A stretch of 64,000 bases of DNA from Dehalococcoidia bacterium (GCA_965207225.1 CBDBLV010000005.1:1408001-1472000); one strand, 5' to 3'. Positions 51,493-61,410 are shown, counted from the stretch's first letter. Program-made: numbers and translations. The notes: generated by a model from the letters alone, not told the origin.

Positions 51493-52365
51493 ATGGCTAA
51501 CAGTCCCATCGCAAGAGGGCTTTTGTCGGATCGTAGACGATGCCTTTCTGGAGTAGTATTGGTAATCGGCTTGCTGTTGACAGTGGCCTGTTTCCTTGTG
51601 TTTATAGGTCGTGGCGGGTTTACGGGGCGCGGCGAAGTGAGAGTAATGCATGCGAATTGGCATTCCTCGCAGAGACTTGATCTCATCGTCGCCTCTTGCA
51701 ACAGAAACCCGGTAGTATCGCTTTTGCGCGAGACGGATGTCGACGTGCAAGTCAAGGTCAAGGCTGACTCGGATTTCCGGTGGAGTGGGGGGGACTGCGC
51801 AGATATCGTTGAGGTCCGTCTTCAAGAGCCACTAGGAGACAGGGCCATAATTGACAAGCACACAGGGAAATCGGTGAGCATCATAGGCTTGATCCCGCAC
51901 ACTGTTGCAGACGCACAACCCTCGCCGGACTGGAGAGTCGTGGAGGTCCCGGGATGGCCAGATCAAGGAGGATTTACTCTGCAATTGCCTCCCCGGTGGG
52001 AACTGAATGTGATCAAGGAGATTGAATACATCGAATACTACGAAGGCGAAATCGCCGGCGAGGGAGTCCGGCTGGCCTTTGATTTCGGCGGGCGTTCCTG
52101 GAGCCGGTCTCCTTCCGATGATCCAGAGCACACCTACGTCATGGGCTACGAAGACATCGGTGACGTCAGAGCGAGTTTGCTCATTTCCATGGAACCCGGG
52201 GCCGGGTACACCGCTGCCTTCTTCCACAGGTCGGGTGGTCCCCACCTCCACATTGTGGGCGAAGACCTGACGCCGGAGCAGCGGCGAACTGCTGTCTCCA
52301 TATTCAGGAGCATACGCATTCTCGGGCAGGGGACAGGGAGGGAAGATCATGAAGGGCACGAATAA
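51493..52365 (+). CDS. Hypothetical membrane-anchored protein
   Basis: N-terminal TM helix; DC..VEVRLQEPLGDRAIID segment; 290 aa. Confidence 0.68.
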   Translation: MANSPIARGLLSDRRRCLSGVVLVIGLLLTVACFLVFIGRGGFTGRGEVRVMHANWHSSQRLDLIVASCNRNPVVSLLRETDVDVQVKVKADSDFRWSGGDCADIVEVRLQEPLGDRAIIDKHTGKSVSIIGLIPHTVADAQPSPDWRVVEVPGWPDQGGFTLQLPPRWELNVIKEIEYIEYYEGEIAGEGVRLAFDFGGRSWSRSPSDDPEHTYVMGYEDIGDVRASLLISMEPGAGYTAAFFHRSGGPHLHIVGEDLTPEQRRTAVSIFRSIRILGQGTGREDHEGHE

Positions 52366-52482
52366 GCTCAATTTTATGAACACGCCAGAGTCGTCGGATG
52401 GATGTCGGCCTATTGAATGGGACTGGGTTGAATCTGCGTCGCAACCATTAGACGAGCAAGCCAGAGAGAAAAGTCCTGTTTA

Positions 52483-53162
52483 ATGCGATTGGCAAACAGA
52501 AGAACCGAACTTTGTTGCTGATGTTGACGGCGATACTAGCTTCGTTGCTGGTCTCTTCCATCTGGCTCGTTGCACGGGAAGACGCCGAGAGCCCCGGAAT
52601 TGCTATGGAGACAGACATGCCGGTCTACTCATCTGTAGAAGGGCTATCAAGCGTGTCTGATCTGGTTATTGTCGGAACAGTGGGAGAGATCGTGGCCCGG
52701 GACGTTGATTACGGAGAAGAAAAGCCTCTGGAGGGAGCAGACTGGGGCATTCCGGTGGTGTTTTATTAGACCTCGGTGACCGAGGTGTTAAGAGGCTAAC
52801 TTGGCCAAGATACGGGAGCGATCCTTGTGGGGGCGACAGACGTGGACTGGCTGGATATAGAGTATAGAACAGTCTTACTGAGTGGACAGCAGGTACTGCT
52901 GTTTCTTAAGGAGAGCGATGCACCTGGCATAACTGCAGGCGACGACCATTACGTGATCGTAAGCATGGACAATGGTGTGTTTGACATTCTGGAAGGTGAC
53001 AACGTAGTAGGGCCAACGGGAATAGTAGACGACTCCATTGTCATACACCCGAGAGGCACAGGTGCAGATATGTTCGGAGACGCTACATTCAAGATGTCTG
53101 AGATCAGGAAAGCCATCGAACCCAAATCGAAGGAAGTGGGTCCGACAGGCAGCACCAACTAG
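52483..53162 (+). pseudogene. Pseudogene of a secreted protein
   Basis: ORFs 52512-52769 and 52827-53162 share one frame broken by TAG (52767) and TAA (52797); YSSVEGLSSVSDLVIVGTV motif; probable frameshift near the ATG at 52483. Confidence 0.7.
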
Positions 53163-53184
53163 CAGTTCGGATAGAGGCAGAGCT

Positions 53185-53391
53185 ATGGCAACATTGCTGT
53201 TCTTACTTGGCGTCTTCATACCAATTTCCGTGGCGCTGCTAGTCGCGGGGTTCTGGGCGATAAGGAAGAAACCTGAAGTTGGGTATCAGGTTTTAGGCGC
53301 CGTGGCAATCGTAGCAGGGGTGGTGTTGCTATTAACAACCCTCCTTATGGTGTTTTTCGGCGTCGGTGAGACAAGTCGGGCGATGCCCTAA
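53185..53391 (+). CDS. Small two-helix membrane protein
   Basis: 68 aa, two hydrophobic helices separated by RKKPE; AGAGG RBS. Confidence 0.6.
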   Translation: MATLLFLLGVFIPISVALLVAGFWAIRKKPEVGYQVLGAVAIVAGVVLLLTTLLMVFFGVGETSRAMP

Positions 53392-53419
53392 TAGCCTGGA
53401 TGCAAGGAGTACAATTCCC

Positions 53420-54253
53420 ATGGCAGGGATGCTTTTACTCGACGCTTTCGGAACTCTCTCCCCAGGTGCGAACCTGATCGATATCCTGGAGGAAGACCTC
53501 TACAGTGTTTTCAGATCACGCAGCGAATTGATGGGCTGGTACGACGGTCCCTCCACCAAGCCGGCTGGTCGCCGCGCGTCGCTCTGGAATATGCATGAGG
53601 CCGAACTGACCGCAGGTGACGGCACATCCCGGATCGGATGGGTGAAGGTGGGGCTGGACGTTGGAGACCTTGAACGAACGCAGGTGCCGCCACCACCTGG
53701 GCCAGGTTTTTATTTCGCACCGCTCGGATTTCAACAACGCTCAATCGAACCGGCTGTGATTCTGCCGGCCCTGACCCACTGCTTTATCGACTCACTGGAC
53801 CGCTTCGGGTCCATTGAGCTGACCGGGCTCCAGGTGACGGCGGGATACCTGGAGCCCGGCACGCCGCCCCACGGCGATGACCTACCGTCTGGACACAACT
53901 GGTTCCACACCAGTCGGAGGACCACAGTGGATGCTCACGTCGCCTTTAGCCAGGAGCTTCTCGCGAATCATGACAAGGTGGACCTCGTGACCGGCCTAAG
54001 TGGTAGGAGGCTGGGACGGTTCGAGTTTGGACCGGCAGTCACCGTGCCTGAACAGCATTGGATCTTGGCAGAGGCCGAGAGTTATCTCTCTCGTTTCGTT
54101 TCACCTGCGCGCACGGAAACGGGTTTGTCTGTAAGGATGCCGGAATGGACGGCGAGCGCCGTGGGGTGGGTTCTCGCAATTGTTTTTGACGCAGCGCGCG
54201 CCGTCGTGCCTGATGTCCCTCACTTTGCAGTCAGAGTGACACGCGTTCGTTAG
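53420..54253 (+). CDS. Hypothetical protein
   Basis: 277 aa from ATG 53420 after AAGGAG. Confidence 0.65.
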   Translation: MAGMLLLDAFGTLSPGANLIDILEEDLYSVFRSRSELMGWYDGPSTKPAGRRASLWNMHEAELTAGDGTSRIGWVKVGLDVGDLERTQVPPPPGPGFYFAPLGFQQRSIEPAVILPALTHCFIDSLDRFGSIELTGLQVTAGYLEPGTPPHGDDLPSGHNWFHTSRRTTVDAHVAFSQELLANHDKVDLVTGLSGRRLGRFEFGPAVTVPEQHWILAEAESYLSRFVSPARTETGLSVRMPEWTASAVGWVLAIVFDAARAVVPDVPHFAVRVTRVR

Positions 54254-54379
54254 ATCCGCCAATTGTTCTTCCCTGCAGCCGAGGTGCCTGGCCGCTCGCA
54301 CACGACGCCGGCACTTCCGCCGTCTCGTGAACTCGGCGCCATCGCCTACGGAAACCCCACAAATGGGCCTGTGCTGTCC

Positions 54380-54504
54380 ACTCTATCGTACGTCAGGACG
54401 ACGCCTTGGGTAGAGCTTTCACGGAAATACCCTCAATTTTCACGGGTTCTTTCACGGAATTGGTATTGCTTTTCACTGCTGTTTCACACGGGAGGTTTAC
54501 TATG
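54380..54504 (+). promoter_or_regulatory. 125-bp regulatory element, copy 2
   Basis: Ungapped match to 49765-49889 (99/125 by hand count); TTCAC boxes at 54418, 54439, 54451, 54472, 54483; TACTAT at 54498-54503. Confidence 0.75.
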
Positions 54505-54719
54505 GGAAAGGTCAGCGGTGAAAGGAGAGCAAAAAATGGATAAGCCGACGATCCATATCGAAGCTCACTTTAGAATGGAGTGCAGATGTTAATGCCCCTG
54601 CGGGCTCCAGATGAGAAGGCGCTGAAGGCTGCTTCTTGTCCGGGCCAACAGGGGCAGAGTACCGGTTAATGAAGAGTTCAGTGTTCCAGGGCAAATCCCG
54701 AGAATGAAGGGAGCGAGCA

Positions 54720-54824
54720 ATGACCAAGCGGGTTCGAATCACAGGAGCGGTGGTACTAGCTCTAGTCGGCCTCGCGGCCGTCTCAGCCGTCCGATGGCGT
54801 CGCCGGCAAGATTCCTTTGCATGA
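54720..54824 (+). CDS. Possible 34-aa single-TM peptide
   Basis: AAGGGAG RBS; MTKRVRITGAVVLALVGLAAVSAVRWRRRQDSFA. Confidence 0.3.
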   Translation: MTKRVRITGAVVLALVGLAAVSAVRWRRRQDSFA

Positions 54825-55155
54825 AGGATGCCTAGACGTTCAGGATGCCATAGACGCATTGGGGGGATGAGTAAGGATGACGGCCGGGCGATTGCCCGGC
54901 CGTCAACTGAGCAGGCGACGGCAGAAAAAACTTGTACCCGGTGCACGATCAATCCCGCACCAGCCATGGCGTGAGAATATAAGGAGTGCGACGGATAACC
55001 GCTGCAGGCAGCAATCTATCTGAATAATAATTTCCGGGATGACACAGGTCTGGAGATAGCCAGTGTTTTCCCACATGAGACTGGAGAGTCAGTCTGGACT
55101 GAAGACCTAGTGGTCGGACCGCCAACATTTTGTAAAGGCAAACAGGAGGTGCATC

Positions 55156-55368
55156 ATGACGTTATGGCAGCTCCAAGAGATGATCGATGTGCTGGGCCCC
55201 GACTTCCGGGTCCGGTTCCTGGTGAGGAACGGGCGGAAAGTATCTTCACGTCCTGCGTTGGGCCATCCAGAATCGGTCGGGTCCCGCACGAATACTCGGA
55301 TTCTCCAAGACGCTGCTACATTGGTAGCCGGGCGCAAGCGCGTGGACTGCCCAGCCTGGAAAGATTAA
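55156..55368 (+). CDS. Small hypothetical protein
   Basis: 70 aa, strong RBS AGGAGG. Confidence 0.4.
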   Translation: MTLWQLQEMIDVLGPDFRVRFLVRNGRKVSSRPALGHPESVGSRTNTRILQDAATLVAGRKRVDCPAWKD

Positions 55369-55554
55369 GGCATGCCTTCAGCTGCCGCTTGGGGGCTATA
55401 CAACGGGATATTCTCATCCGAGCAGGTGTCATACGATCTCAACACCGACCAGAGACCGCCGAATGATAGTGCCGACTCTTTCCACCGATTTCTGCTGCAG
55501 GGACCTTGCCCGGAGGTCACTCCATCCGCGGCCAACCAGCGACTAGGAGGGGCT

Positions 55555-56583
55555 ATGCGGCTACTGGTTCTGCCAATACTTCTCTTGTTGGCCTGTACCT
55601 CCGGGTCCTTCGCCAACCCTGACCCCGACCAGTATCTTGATCGCGTGCGCCAGATGCACGCCGAGTACAAAGAGCGGTTTGGACACTTAACAAGAGTCAC
55701 CCTGGCTGTGACGCCCCGACCCGAGACTCCCGGGCCCATCCCTACCCTTGAGGAGTGGCAACAAGAGTTCCTTCCAGGAATGGCCGTGATACTGGCTGAT
55801 TTCTCCCGTGTCAACCGCTTCCAGCGCGACGGTCTTGATGAACTCAGGTCTATGGTGGTGCCCCAGGAACACGAGGGCATCCATTATGACCTAATAGAAC
55901 TGTGGGAGGCGGGCATCGCATGGACGAATCGCTGGATGGTGGAAACCGAGAATTTGATCAGTGCAGCGCATAATGTGGAGTGGGGGTATTTTGACGTTGA
56001 GACCGATGAGGAAATATCCGCCTACAGCAAGATTCACGCTCGACATGTAGACGCCTGGGCGCGGGTGGACTTTGTGCTATTGGGCACTCCAGAGCCGCCA
56101 CCCTATGATATTCAGGGATCGGCCACAGCCTGGGCATTGACTCCATTTCCTGAAATACCCACTGCTACCCTGGGCCCCTCGCCAACACCGATGCCCGGGT
56201 CCACCTCCACCGGGGAGTATGGAGATTCCACGGGTCGGAAAGAGGCCCTGACGTGGTTCGCCGAGGCCGCCTGCGGCCCCGAAAAGTTGGACCTTCCGAC
56301 CATTGGCTGGCCGAAACTGGAGGGCGAACTATCGTGGACGATGCTACTGTTGAGGCATGACATACCCCGAGGCCTAGGGGGCTTTCGAGATGTCCTATGG
56401 GACTATTACGAGACCCTCAAGATATTTGCCGAGAAGCAGGACCGCACACTCAAGGTCGACGAGGCCTTGTTCATGTCGGACCAGGACGTTGTGCAGAAGA
56501 GGATGGCGGTCATAGAGGCTTTCGAGGCCCTGCCCGAGCCCGACCAACTGGCCCTTAAAGGGGCCGGCTGCGGCTTTGACTAA
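55555..56583 (+). CDS. Putative lipoprotein
   Basis: ATG 55555 after AGGAGG; MRLLVLPILLLLAC lipobox; Pro/Thr linker between two helical domains. Confidence 0.75.
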   Translation: MRLLVLPILLLLACTSGSFANPDPDQYLDRVRQMHAEYKERFGHLTRVTLAVTPRPETPGPIPTLEEWQQEFLPGMAVILADFSRVNRFQRDGLDELRSMVVPQEHEGIHYDLIELWEAGIAWTNRWMVETENLISAAHNVEWGYFDVETDEEISAYSKIHARHVDAWARVDFVLLGTPEPPPYDIQGSATAWALTPFPEIPTATLGPSPTPMPGSTSTGEYGDSTGRKEALTWFAEAACGPEKLDLPTIGWPKLEGELSWTMLLLRHDIPRGLGGFRDVLWDYYETLKIFAEKQDRTLKVDEALFMSDQDVVQKRMAVIEAFEALPEPDQLALKGAGCGFD

Positions 56584-56941
56584 CTCGGCGGCACATGGGT
56601 GGCCCTTGACAAGTCGAATATGCAGTAGCGAGCCCTTCTGGCAGAGCTCGCTACCTTCGGAACACACGGAGTGCGCTCTGGACGACTCATAAGTTGTAAT
56701 CTCGAAGCAAAATGCTCGGGGCCCGTATGCTTGGGCCGGACGTTGTGTTCCGATATCCATTCCATGGATAGGAGCCACCCCGCTATCCCACTGTCCATAC
56801 TTAGAAGACCAGGAGAACGAATTCTGGTACTCAGCATGTAACACGTACACCTGGCAGAACTGCCACGTCATGCTAAAGAGAGATCCCGAATATTTCAGCG
56901 GAGATAACCATCAGAGAGCTTTCGTGGAAAGGTGTTTGACG

Positions 56942-57874
56942 ATGTTGAGATCGACTATTCTGACAGTTTCGCTGCTCGTTGTGCTCCTGTATGTCGGATG
57001 CTCAGATGTTTATCCAGCGACTACTCCCGTACCTACCGTGACGGAGGCTCCTGAGACCGAGGAAGAAAGCGACGATGAGGTTAGGATTGCTGTTCAGCGG
57101 CTCTTCGAAACTTGGGATCGGGCACTTAGGGACAAAGACGCGAAGCTTTTCCGCTCCATCCTGACGCGGGATATCGCCGCAGGCTGCGGGCTAAACGACT
57201 TGCAGTCCTGGCTCGACCAAGACTTGAAGATTCTCAGGGAAGTGGTGGTGCGCTCAGTGTTCGTAGATGTCGCTGACCCCAGCCGAGCATTGGCTGATAT
57301 CATCCCTATGCGGGACCCTGGTCAATCTGGAGAACCTCCGATTTATCCTTGGCCGTTGACGCGGGAAGACGGAGAGTGGCGGGCAGGATTCATTTACGGC
57401 TCGACCGGCGAACGCTGCCCGTTTACGGCTTACTTCCAGTCTGCTGAGCCCGACGGTAGGGAACACGATTTCCCCCAGATACCTGGCTTGGACCTGGACC
57501 GGCGTGAGGATATTCTCGCTGTAGTGCCGGGGACCAGGGTCCTACATGGAAGTTTTGCGGGCGAGAATTTCGGCTCCAGCTTCAGTACCGGCAACTCAAT
57601 GTCCGGTTATAGCAATCAAGTGAACATTTTCGCAGAAGTAGAGTCTGACCTGGATGCCGCCGAGCTAGTGCGCCTTTACAGCGACGGTCTGAAGCATTCA
57701 AGTTGGGATGCTATCGACGAGGGGACCTCCGGCGACTTTGGCTGGTTCTCGTGGACCGTCCTCGACGACGTTGATCGGCTATGGCACGGCAACCTCGTGG
57801 CGGCACCGTCGAATGAGGGTTGGAGACATGTGTGGTTATCGCTGTATTCCGATGATTCGGGCGGAGGTCAGTGA
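56942..57874 (+). CDS. Putative lipoprotein with an NTF2-like N-terminal domain
   Basis: MLRSTILTVSLLVVLLYVGC lipobox; VRIAVQRLFETWDRAL..LTREDGEWR pattern. Confidence 0.72.
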   Translation: MLRSTILTVSLLVVLLYVGCSDVYPATTPVPTVTEAPETEEESDDEVRIAVQRLFETWDRALRDKDAKLFRSILTRDIAAGCGLNDLQSWLDQDLKILREVVVRSVFVDVADPSRALADIIPMRDPGQSGEPPIYPWPLTREDGEWRAGFIYGSTGERCPFTAYFQSAEPDGREHDFPQIPGLDLDRREDILAVVPGTRVLHGSFAGENFGSSFSTGNSMSGYSNQVNIFAEVESDLDAAELVRLYSDGLKHSSWDAIDEGTSGDFGWFSWTVLDDVDRLWHGNLVAAPSNEGWRHVWLSLYSDDSGGGQ

Positions 57875-58010
57875 TCCATGAACCTGGTTCTAGCTGCCGA
57901 CGCATCATGCCAGAGAATTCTGCCTGGAAAACTGGGTTCTTTCAGAAAGTAGTGTTTGCCATCCATAAGGCAAATGTTTGTGCCCGCTGGCAAAAGCCCT
58001 AGCGCTTCCC

Positions 58011-59052
58011 TCAATCTAGGTTTTTCTGGCTATGGGCCGCTTCCCCTAGGCAACGGCTTTCCGCTCCCAGCTCCCTACCCAAGAACAGCATGGCTTGCCG
58101 TCCGCGTGGCTTGGTGCGCCGTCTGCCTGGCTTCTTCTTCCGCTTGAATCCTGGTAGTCCTTTGGCCGTCTGGCCTTTGGTACTCTCCCGATTGCCTCCA
58201 ACTTGTGGGCCACCTCCTCCCAGTTGTGGAATGGGGGGGTTGGCCTTTGCCACACTAGCGGGGGTGGCCTTCCCCATTACCTATAGGTGAGGCCCGAGAA
58301 AGTTGTAGTTTAGCACCCACCCGTCAACGTACTGTTGGGCAGACTCCAGCCGCTTGAACCCCCTGAACACCTTGTCCCGTTCCTTGACGGTCCCGTTCAG
58401 CCGCTCGATAAGGCTGTTATTCACGACGGCGGCCAGTGCCTCCGTCTGCATGTGATCTACCTAGCCGTCAAACACGGCTTTGATTGCGGTGGGGCAGGAT
58501 TTCATCTTGTAGGTGCATATGAACTCAGGGAGATTGGCGGCAGTGTTCTTCGCCATTGGCATCACCCTAACGATTTGTCGGACATCCCGCCTGTGCGTCA
58601 GCAGGGCCGCAAGGATGTATAGGGAATCATCGTCCATGACAAGCCACAGCCAATTGTACTCCCTGTCTATCGTCACGTCCGTCTCTTTTGCCGACCATAC
58701 GGGGCCGGCCTGGGCCTTCACATCTTTGACTGCCCTTACTGCCTCGTCTGCGTAAGCTTGCACCCACTGGTAGATCGTGTTTTCGCTTGGCGCGGCTATT
58801 TCAAGGGTGTTCTTCAACTGCCTAGCGGTTTCGCAATAAGAAAGCCCTTCGAAATATGACTGAAGCGCCGTGCCGATTTGCTTGATGGAAAACTGCTTAC
58901 TTTTGGTGATGCCCGGGGCGCGAAACTTAGTCCGGCATTTCTTGCACTGGGTAGCGTTGATGCTTGCCCTACATCCCGACCTTGATGACCTTCCCTCCGT
59001 CCTTATTGGGGCATCCGATTGTGTAGGTTATGTTCTCGGAAATCTCAGTCAT
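58011..59052 (-). mobile_element. Degenerate IS6-like DDE transposase pseudogene with an N-terminal zinc ribbon
   Basis: Fragments GCPNK..VIKVG*..QRY/QCKKC; WSAKETDV (catalytic D lost); TYKMKSC; NNSLIERLNGTVKERDKVFRGFK..YNFLGPH..TPA; several stops and frameshifts. Confidence 0.78.
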
Positions 59053-59295
59053 GTCTACTCCAAGAGTATAGGGCAGTCAACGGCGATAATTCTATGTATG
59101 AAACATTTACATCGGGCGCGCGCCCCGCCACAGACACCCGCAAATTAACATGAACTAATGAACATAACGGCGACGGGTTGTCTCAATAACGGACCGTTAA
59201 CGGAATGTCGGCCCTTTCCTTATGGCAAGTCGGAGGGGCCGTTTGGTGTGAGAAAACTCCAGCGAAGACCCATAACACGCATAGTTCGAAGTGCG

Positions 59296-59808
59296 CTACC
59301 CGCACCACGTAGCTATGGCGGCGGTACGCCGGATATTCGCCTGGGCCAACAAACGCCCGCCCTCGTCGAAGGCGAGTATCCCCCGGTCAAAAGTGGCCCC
59401 GTCGATGTGCCAAACACCGTCGGTCATCATCCGGGCCCCAGCTTGGAACTGAGCAGCGGCGGCCCGCACGCCTCCACGCCAGATGCGCAACTCCCTTTCC
59501 CTCTCGGGCGGCATCTTGAAGTTCAGCCTGGGAAGGTCCAGCAACCTCTCGGATTCCCTCTCCAGATCCTCCAGCAGGTTAAGCATGTCAACCTGCCAGT
59601 TTCCCTCGAAGCTCGTGTCATTCTCCGTCAGCAGCTTCTCCATCACAATCTCCGCTGCCTCCCGTTCTGCCAAGTAAGTTTCGATGCGCCCCTCCACCTC
59701 CTTAATGAAGGCTTGCTCCTGGCTGGTGAGACAGCCGGTTTCCGAGCTGCAGGCGGCTATTAGCAGGGCACCGATAATCGCCCCGACGCTCAAGATTTTG
59801 GTCATCAT
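59296..59808 (-). CDS. Putative lipoprotein
   Basis: MMTKILSVGAIIGALLIAAC lipobox; helical body. Confidence 0.7.
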   Translation of the reverse strand: MMTKILSVGAIIGALLIAACSSETGCLTSQEQAFIKEVEGRIETYLAEREAAEIVMEKLLTENDTSFEGNWQVDMLNLLEDLERESERLLDLPRLNFKMPPERERELRIWRGGVRAAAAQFQAGARMMTDGVWHIDGATFDRGILAFDEGGRLLAQANIRRTAAIATWCG

Positions 59809-60258
59809 CGATCGCGCCTTCCTTTCACTGGGGTCTAACGGCGTATTACCAGCTCCAAAGTGGCCAACGGGAGCATCCAATTCGCATTGGGGTCCGATAG
59901 CTCTGTATTATGTTGGTATGCTTGAAGAAGCAACCTACCTACCTAATCATCATTGTTGGGTTGCTCGCCTGCCTCATTTTATTGACGATAGGTATAAGGC
60001 AACTAGCATCAGCACTCCACCGATTGTCCAGCACCACTTTGCCAGCCTCCGATACAGGCGATACTGGAACTCCTTGGGTAGATAACTCTGTTTCCAACGG
60101 GAGAACAGGTACCCCAGTGCAACGACAGTAAGACTCGCTGCACCAACTGGCACTGCCCCTTCCACTACGCAAATTTTCCGGCCCGCTCATACCATGTCCA
60201 GTTCCATGCCTTGTCCGCCATGCGCCTTTCTTCAGTTTCGCTAGGGTAAGCCGTCGGT

Positions 60259-60525
60259 TTAGTCCACCACGCGATAGACACCACGCCGGACACGTTCTAA
60301 GTGACCTCTAGTTGCCATACGCGACACAGCCGCTCTTACCGCGTGCCGGTAATTAGGCCTGCTGCCCCATATGCCCGCTACTGCCCATTCTCGTACCAAC
60401 AAGTCTTCGTGTTCCTCCAGCCATGCGTACACCTCTGCTAGAGAGGCTTGGCCTTCATAAGCGTATAGGGCCTTAACTATTCGCAAGGTCCAGAAATCGT
60501 GTGGCCTTCTAAAGCGCACCATCAT
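60259..60525 (-). CDS. Small winged-helix protein (Mrr N-terminal/HARE-HTH-like)
   Basis: IVKAL..GQASLAEVYAWL..VRAAVSRM..GHLERVRRGVYRV. Confidence 0.6.
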   Translation of the reverse strand: MMVRFRRPHDFWTLRIVKALYAYEGQASLAEVYAWLEEHEDLLVREWAVAGIWGSRPNYRHAVRAAVSRMATRGHLERVRRGVYRVVD

Positions 60526-60604
60526 TCCGCAATCTCGCGGAGTGGCCTAGCGATTGAGCTTGTCGGTATTGGGCATATCAGGCTTCAATTCTGCGACGGT
60601 GCTT

Positions 60605-60835
60605 TCAATGTTTGGAGTCGTCCTCCCGCAATGCTCCACTTTGGGAAAGGCGACTCTCCAGCACAATTAGAAAATCTAGCGTTTCTTGCAGATGGGTTAA
60701 GATCAAATCGTGGAAGCCCTCATTCTTTGACCATCTCCGTTGCTCGATTTGCAATTGCTTCAGATTGTCTTGTAATGATTGAAGACGAGCCCCTAGGTCG
60801 TCTGTGTCACCATTAGACGCGGGCGCCTTAGCCAT
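60605..60835 (-). CDS. Small hypothetical coiled-coil protein
   Basis: 76 aa, ATG after AAGGCGG, directly downstream of the structured leader. Confidence 0.4.
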   Translation of the reverse strand: MAKAPASNGDTDDLGARLQSLQDNLKQLQIEQRRWSKNEGFHDLILTHLQETLDFLIVLESRLSQSGALREDDSKH

Positions 60836-60871
60836 ATCAATCCGCCTTGCTTATCACTGATTCTCTAGTCA

Positions 60872-60911
60872 AACAACCTCCCTTGCCCGAGACTTGGACA
60901 GGGAGGTTGTT
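60872..60911 (-). terminator. Terminator-like hairpin in the leader of the 60835 gene
   Basis: Perfect 12-bp arms AACAACCTCCCT (60872-60883) / AGGGAGGTTGTT (60900-60911). Confidence 0.6.
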
Positions 60912-61039
60912 GTCGATTGCGCTATGCTCAAGTCTTGGATAAACCCCAAGAGCTTGGCCAGCCCGATGCCTGCCTGTTTCAAGTGTCGGCGTGCCGCTCG
61001 ACGTCTCAAACGTCGAGTGACACTTTTTCGTTGGATGAT

Positions 61040-61068
61040 ATATTAAGATAGCCTATTGGTTATGACAA
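61040..61068 (-). promoter_or_regulatory. Sigma-70 promoter reading leftward
   Basis: Minus strand TTGTCA-N17-TAATAT. Confidence 0.55.
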
Positions 61069-61368
61069 GCGCGTAATTGGGCCTCGTACAGTATAAAACC
61101 TTATGGGAAGAGCCCTGTTGTATTGCGGCTCCTCTCCCCTAAGGCCCCTAGGGGGTCAAACCCTACTTCCAAAAGAACGATTTTATCCAGACTGGTGGGC
61201 CGCCGCGTACTGCACTGCCAACTCTTCGGTGGGAGGTTTCTATCTGGGTGACACCATCACGATCAGCGAAACAATCTGACTGGTTCGAATACGGCCGGAG
61301 GGCACGTTGGAAATCCGTGCGAGAGTCGTCTCGTAACATAAACAGCCGGTTTGTCCACCTAACTGGGG

Positions 61369-61410
61369 CTGACGGAACTTACTAACGAACCTAGGATGTT
61401 TACTGAACAT
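61369..61410 (+). promoter_or_regulatory. Probable viperin promoter with an overlapping palindrome
   Basis: CTGACG(61369-61374)-N17-TAGGAT(61392-61397); ATGTT-N5-AACAT at 61396-61410. Confidence 0.4.

Noticed and set aside
49765-54504. CRISPR array or coding repeat for the TTCAC repeats
   Set aside because: Units are 5-6 bp with 11-21 bp spacing, no cas genes are present, and the overlapping short ORFs (49642, 54263) lack credible starts and overlap real genes or promoters.
54731-54745. GGTTCGAATC as a tRNA T-loop
   Set aside because: No flanking cloverleaf stems; it lies inside a small ORF.
35497-59052. Stop-codon reassignment explaining the in-frame TAA/TAG codons
   Set aside because: Core genes terminate normally with TAA, TAG and TGA, and the broken genes also carry frameshifts or truncations; pseudogenisation is simpler.
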